Source: Eledone cirrhosa
Lineage: Eukaryota
Direction of reading: 5' to 3'
DNA: 64,000 nucleotides
NCBI GenBank assembly: GCA_964016885.1
Contig: OZ024743.1
Span: 138,818,001 to 138,882,000, forward strand
Shown: piece by piece, positions 57,901-64,000 of the stretch
Layout of the letters: the number at the start of each line of letters is the position of its first letter
How positions within the stretch are numbered: position 1 is the stretch's first letter
The notes under the pieces: generated by a model
Told to the model about the DNA's origin: nothing
Databases searched by the model: none
The model's input: only the letters and a program-made list of their open reading frames with translations
Made by a program: the position numbers and the translations under genes

Positions 57901-60900
57901 CAAGCACCAAGCACCAAATCCCAAGCACCAAACACCAAGCACCAATCACCAAACACCAAACACCAAGCACCAAGCACCAAACTCCAAAAACCAAGCACCA
58001 AGCACCAAGCACCAAACACCAAACGCCAAACACCAAACACCAAGTACCAAGCACCAAACACCAAGCACCAAGCGCCAAAGACCAAACACCAAGCACCAAG
58101 CACGAAACACCAAGCACCAAGCACCGAGCACCAAACACCAAGTACCAAGCACCAAACACCAAACACCAAGCACCAAGCACCAAACACCAAACACCAAGCA
58201 CCAAGTACCAAACACCAAACACCAAACACCAAACACCAAACAGCAAACGCCAAAAAGCAAACGCCAAACTCCAAACGCCAAACAACAAACGCCAAGGACC
58301 AAACACCAAACACCAAGCGCCAAGCACCAAACACCAAACACCAAGCACCAAGCACCAAACACCAAACACCAAGGACCAATCACCAAACACCAAGCACCAA
58401 ACACCAAGCACCAAACACCAAGCACCAAGCACCAAGCGCCAAACACCAAACACCAAACACCTAGCACCAAGCACCAAGCACCAAACACCAAGCACCAAAC
58501 ACCAAGCACCAAGCACCAAGCACCAAGCACCAAGCACCAAACACCAATCACCAAGCCCCAAGCACCAAACACCAAGCACCCAGCACCATACACCAAGCAC
58601 CAAGCACGAAACACCAAGCACCAAGCACCAAGCACCATGCACCAAACACCAAGCACCAAGCACCAAACAGCAAACACCAAACAACAAACACCAAACAGCA
58701 AACACCAAACAGCAAACACCAAACAGCAAACACCAAACAGCAAACGCCAAAAAGCAAACGCCAAACTCCAAATGCCAAACAGCAAATGCCAAACCCAAAC
58801 GCCAAACAGCAAACGCCAAGCACAAAACACCAAACACCAAGCGCCAAGCACCAAACACCAAACACCAAGCACCAAGCACCAAATACCAAACACCAAGCAC
58901 CAAGTACCAAACACCAAACACCAAGCACCAAACACCAAACAGCAAACGCAAAAAAGCAAACGCCAAACCCCATACGCCAAACAGCAAATGCCAAACCCCA
59001 AATGCCAAACGGCAAACGCCAAGCACCAAACACCAAACACCAAGCGCCAAGCACCAAACACCAAACACCAAGCACCAAGCACCAAGCACCAAACACCAAG
59101 CACCAAACACCAAGCACCAAACACCAAGCACCAAGCACCAAGCACCAAGCACCAAACACCAATCACCAAGCCCCAAGCACCAAACACCAAGCACCCAGCA
59201 CCAAACACCAAACACCAAGCACCAAGCACCCAGAACAAAGCACCAAGCACCAAACACCAAACACCAAGCTCCAAGCACCAAACACCAAACACCAAGCACC
59301 AAGCACCAAGCACCAAACACCAAACACCAAGCCCCAATCACCAAACACCAAGCACCAAGCGCCAAACACCAAACACCAAACACCTAGCACCAAGCACCAA
59401 GCACCGAACACCAAGCACCAAGCACCAAGCACCAAGCACCAAGCACCAAACACCAATCACCAAGCCCCAAGCACCAAACACCAAGCACCAAGCACCAAAC
59501 ACCAAACACCAAGCACCAAGCACCAAACACCAAACACCAAGCACCAAGCACCAAGCACCAAGCACCAAACACCATACAGCAAACAGCAAACGCCAAAAAG
59601 CAAATGCCAAACCCCATACGCCAAACAGCAAATGCCAAACCCCAAACGCCCAACAGCAAACGCCAAGCACCAAACACCAAACACCAAGCGTCAAGCACCA
59701 AACACCAAACACCAAGCACCAAGCACCAAACACCAAACACCAAGCACCAATCACCAAACACCAAGCACCAAGCGCCAAGCACCAAACACCAAACACCTAG
59801 CACCAAGCACCAAGCACCAAACACCAAGCACCAAACACCAATCACCAAGCCCCAAGCACCAAACACCAAGCACCAAGCACCAAACACCAAACACCAAGCA
59901 CCAAGCACCCAGAACCAAGCACCAAGCACCAAACACCAAGCACCAAGCACCGAGCACCAAACACCAAGAACCAAGCACCAAGCACTAAACACCAAACACC
60001 AAGCACCAAGCACCAAACACCAAACACCAAGCACCAAGTACCAAACTCCAAACACCAAACAACAAGCACCAAGCACCAAATCCCAAGCACCAAACACCAA
60101 GCACCAATCACCAAACACCAAACACCAAGCACCAAGCACCAAACTCCAAAAACCAAGCACCAAGCACCAAGCACCAAACACCAAACGCCAAACACCAAAC
60201 ACCAAGTACCAAGCACCAAACACCAAGCACCAAGCGCCAAAGACCAAACACCAAGCACCAAGCACGAAACACCAAGCACCAAGCACCGAGCACCAAACAC
60301 CAAGTACCAAGCACCAATCACCAAACACCAAGCACCAAGCACCAAACACCAAACACCAAGCACCAAGCACCAAACACCAAACACCAAGCACCAAGCCCCA
60401 AGCACCAAACAGCAAGCACCAAGCACCAAACACCAAACACCAAGCACCAAGCACTAAACACCAAACACCAAGCACCAAGCACCAAGCACCAAGCACCAAG
60501 CACCAAACACCAAGCACCAAGCACCAAGCACCAAGCACCAAGCACCAAACACCAAGCACCAAGCACCAAACAGCAAACACCAAGCACCAAACACCAAACA
60601 CCAAGCACCAAGCACCAAACACCAAACACCAAACACCAAGCACCAAGCCCCAAGCACCAAACACCAAGCACCAAGCACCAAACACCAAGCACGAAGCACC
60701 AAGCACCATGCACCAAACACCAAGCACCAAGCACCAAACAGCAAACACCAAACAGCAAACACCAAACACCAAACACCAACCAGCAAACACCAAACACCAA
60801 ACACCAAACAGCAAACACCAAACAGCAAACACCAAACAGCAAACACCAAACACCAAACACCAAACAGCAAATGCCAAAAAGCAAACGCCAAACCCCAAAC

Positions 60901-63170
60901 GCCAAACAGTAAATGCCAAACCCCAAACGCCAAACAGCAAACGCCAAGCGCCAAACGCCAAACACCAAGCGCCAAGCACCAAACACCAAACACCAAGCAC
61001 CAAGCACCAAACACCAAACACCAAGCACCAAGTACCAAACACCAAACACCAAGCACCAAACACCAAACAGCAAACACCAAAAAGCAAATGCCAAACCCCA
61101 TACGCCAAACAGCAAATGCCAAACCCCAAACGCCAAACAGCAAACGCCAAGCACCGAACACCAAACACCAAGCGCCAAGCACCAAACACCAAACACCAAG
61201 CACCAAGCACCAAACACCAAACACCAAGCACCAATCACCAAACACCAAGCACCAAGCGCCAAGCACCAAACACCAAACACCTAGCACCAAGCACCAAGCA
61301 CCAAACACCAAGTACCAAACACCAATCACCAAGCCCCAAGCACCAAACACCAAGCACCAAGCACCAAACACCAAACACCAAGCACCAAGCACCCAGAACC
61401 AAGCACCAAGCACCAAACACCAAGCACCAAGCACCGAGCACCAAACACCAAGAACCAAGCACCAAGCACTAAACACCAAACACCAAGCACCAAGCACCAA
61501 ACACCAAACACCAAGCACCAAACACCAAACAGCAAACGCCAAAAAGCAAACGCCAAACCCCATACGCCAAACAGCAAATGCCAAACCCCCCAAACGCCAA
61601 ACAGCAAACGCCAGGCACCAAACACCAAACACCAAGCGCCAAGCACCAAACACCAAACACCAAGCACCAAGCACCAAACACCAAACACCAAGCACCAATC
61701 ACCAAACACCAAGCACCAAGCGCCAAGCACCAAACACCAAACACCTAGCACCAAGCACCAAGCACCAAACACCAAGCACCAAACACCAATCACCAAGCCC
61801 CAAGCACCAAACACCAAGCACCAAGCACCAAACACCAAACACCAAGCACCAAGCACCCAGAACCAAGCACCAAGCACCAAACACCAAGCACCAAGCACCG
61901 AGCACCAAACACCAAGAACCAAGCACCAAGCACTAAACACCAAACACCAAGCACCAAGCACCAAACACCAAACACCAAGCACCAAACACCAAACAGCAAA
62001 CGCCAAAAAGCAAACGCCAAACCCCATACGCCAAACAGCAAATGCCAGGCACCAAACACCAAACACCAAGCGCCAAGCACCAAACACCAAACACCAAGCA
62101 CCAAGCACCAAACACCAAACACCAAGCACCAATCACCAAACACCAAGCACCAAGCGCCAAGCACCAAACACCAAACACCTAGCACCAAGCACCAAGCACC
62201 AAACACCAAGCACCAAACACCAATCACCAAGCCCCAAGCACCAAACACCAAGCACCAAGCACCAAACACCAAACACCAAGCACCAAGCACCAAGGACCAA
62301 GCACCAAACACCAAGCACCAAGCACCGAGCACCAAACACCAAGAACCAAGCACCAAGCACTAAACACCAAACACCAAGCACCAAGCACCAAACACCAAAC
62401 ACCAAGCACCAAGTACCAAACTCCAAACACCAAACACCAAGCACCAAGCACCAAATCCCAAGCACCAAACACCAAGCACCAAGCACCAAATCCCAAGCAC
62501 CAAACACCAAGCACCAATCACCAAACACCAAACACCAAGCACCAAGCACCAAACTCCAAAAACCAAGCACCAAGCACCAAGCACCAAACACCAAACGCCA
62601 AACACCAAACACCAAGTACCAAGCACCAAACACCAAGCACCAAGCGCCAAAGACCAAACACCAAGCACCAAGCACGAAACACCAAGCACCAAGCACCGAG
62701 CACCAAACACCAAGTACCAAGCACCAAACACCAAACACCAAGCACCAAGCACCAAACACCAAACACCAAGCACCAAGTACCAAACACCAAACACCAAACA
62801 CCAAACACCAAACAGCAAACGCCAAAAAGCAAACGCCAAACTCCAAACGCCAAACAACAAACGCCAAGGACCAAACACCAAACACCAAGCGCCAAGCACC
62901 AAACACCAAACACCAAGCACCAAGCACCAAACACCAAACACCAAGGACCAATCACCAAACACCAAGCACCGAACACCAAGCACCAAACACCAAGCACCAA
63001 GCACCAAGCGCCAAACACCAAACACCAAACACCTAGCACCAAGCACCAAGCACCAAACACCAAGCACCAAACACCAAGCACCAAGCACCAAGCACCAAGC
63101 ACCAAGCACCAAACACCAATCACCAAGCCCCAAGCACCAAACACCAAGCACCCAGCACCATACACCAAAC
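51990..63170 (+). repeat. Layer C higher-order repeat: three tandem copies of a ~3.4-4.6-kb unit
   Basis: Private CGTCAAG lies at 52124/55588/59689. ORF triplets 53348..53719/56777..57148/60913..61284 and 54132..54950/57561..58379/62133..62951 match, as does the long pair 51819..53669/59384..61234 (offset 7565 = 1081x7 - 2). Confidence 0.92.
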
Positions 63171-64000
63171 ACCAAGCACCAAGCACCCAGAACAAAGCAC
63201 CAAGCACCAAACACCAAACACCAAGCTCCAAGCACCAAACACCAAACACCAAGCACCAAGCACCAAGCACCAAGCACCAAACACCAAACACCAAGCACCA
63301 AGCACCAAACACCAAACACCAAGCACCAATTACCAAACACCAAGCACCAAGCGCCAAAAACCAAACACCAAACACCTAGCACCAAGCACCAAGCACCGAA
63401 CACCAAGCACCAAACACCAAGCACCAAGCACCAAGCACCAAGCACCAAGCACCAAACACCAATCACCAAGCCCCAAGCACCAAACACCAAGCACCAAGCA
63501 CCAAACACCAAACACCAAGCACCAAGCACCCAGAACCAAGCACCAAGCACCAAACACCAAACACCAAGCACCAAGCACCAAACCCCAAACACCAAGCACC
63601 AAGCACCAAGCACCAAGCACCAAACACCATACACCAAGCACCAAGCACCAAACACCAAAAACCAATCACCAAGCACCAAAGAGCAAACACCAAGCCCCAA
63701 GCAACAAACACCAAACACCAAACACCAAAAAGCAAACACTAAACACCAAACACCAAATAGCAAACACCAAACACCAAATAACAAACACCAAACACCAACC
63801 AGGAAACACCAAACAGCAAACACCAAACAGCAAACGCCAAACAGCAAACACAAACACCAAGCACCAAACACCAAGCACCAACCACCAAGCACCAAACACC
63901 AAGCACCAAGCACCAAGCACCAAGCACCAAGCACCAAACACCAAGCACCAAGCACCAAACAGCAAACACCAAGCACCAAACACCAAACACCACGCACCAA

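Larger units (their letters stand above)
1..64000 (+). repeat. Heptamer satellite array, consensus CACCAA(A/G), ~9,100 monomers, single orientation, extends beyond both window ends
   Basis: Read directly: the sequence parses throughout into CACCAAG/CACCAAA and single-substitution variants (CAGCAAA, CGCCAAA, TGCCAAA, CCCCAAA, CACCAAT, CACCTAG, TACCAAA, CACTAAA). The + strand is A/C-rich and nearly T-free. No reverse-complement (TTGGTG) tract occurs on the + strand. Confidence 0.99.

Noticed and set aside
61586-61594. CCCCCCAAA (+2) unit as a special site
   Set aside because: It is a single homopolymer expansion of CCCCAAA, best explained by slippage or a sequencing error.
1-64000. Product of reiterative reverse-transcriptase synthesis (telomerase-like or bacterial defence RT concatemer with an endless ORF), or of rolling-circle amplification
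   Set aside because: No RT gene or template RNA locus is present. Variants are inherited in nested kilobase blocks of irregular length, which fits genomic duplication rather than repeated copying of one short template or circle.
1-64000. Low-complexity sequencing artefact or synthetic sequence
   Set aside because: Rare variants recur at consistent offsets whose values mod 7 agree with the independently located indels. Basecaller noise would give frequent random indels. Mis-ordering of blocks in assembly remains possible.
1-64000. G-quadruplex / i-motif array
   Set aside because: The consensus has only GG runs on the minus strand. GGGG (from CCCCAAA/CCCCAAG) is sparse and not clustered four at a time, so canonical three-tier G4 motifs are not supported.

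Overview
The whole 64-kb window is one uninterrupted satellite array in a single orientation. It holds about 9,100 copies (64,000/7) of a 7-bp monomer, CACCAA(A/G), which reads (T/C)TTGGTG on the minus strand. I can support no gene, RNA gene, transposon, CRISPR array or unique sequence. The hundreds of ORFs are artefacts: the consensus has no stop codon in any of the six frames, and a 7-bp period gives the same 7-aa pattern (TKHQAPS/TKHQTPN; WCLVLGA/WCLVFGV) in every frame. The real structure is hierarchical: 7-bp monomer, 14/28-bp sub-periods, an 84-bp CpG-rich cassette, a ~462-bp module, and 1.2-4.6-kb block duplications with 7.6-kb and ~12-kb long-range offsets. These blocks form at least three layers, each with its own diagnostic variants, plus a degenerate island at ~12.9-14.4 kb. 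I tracked the 7-bp register by hand from position 6 to the end, and it closes exactly with 29 non-7-bp units from about 11 original indels. CG->TG/CA variants suggest a CpG-methylated, probably eukaryotic heterochromatic (centromeric, pericentromeric or subtelomeric) array. The organism and chromosomal position cannot be determined from this sequence. I did not find a protein-coding novel system; the candidate novelty is the satellite and its architecture. Block boundaries are approximate (tens of bp); marker coordinates were read directly.
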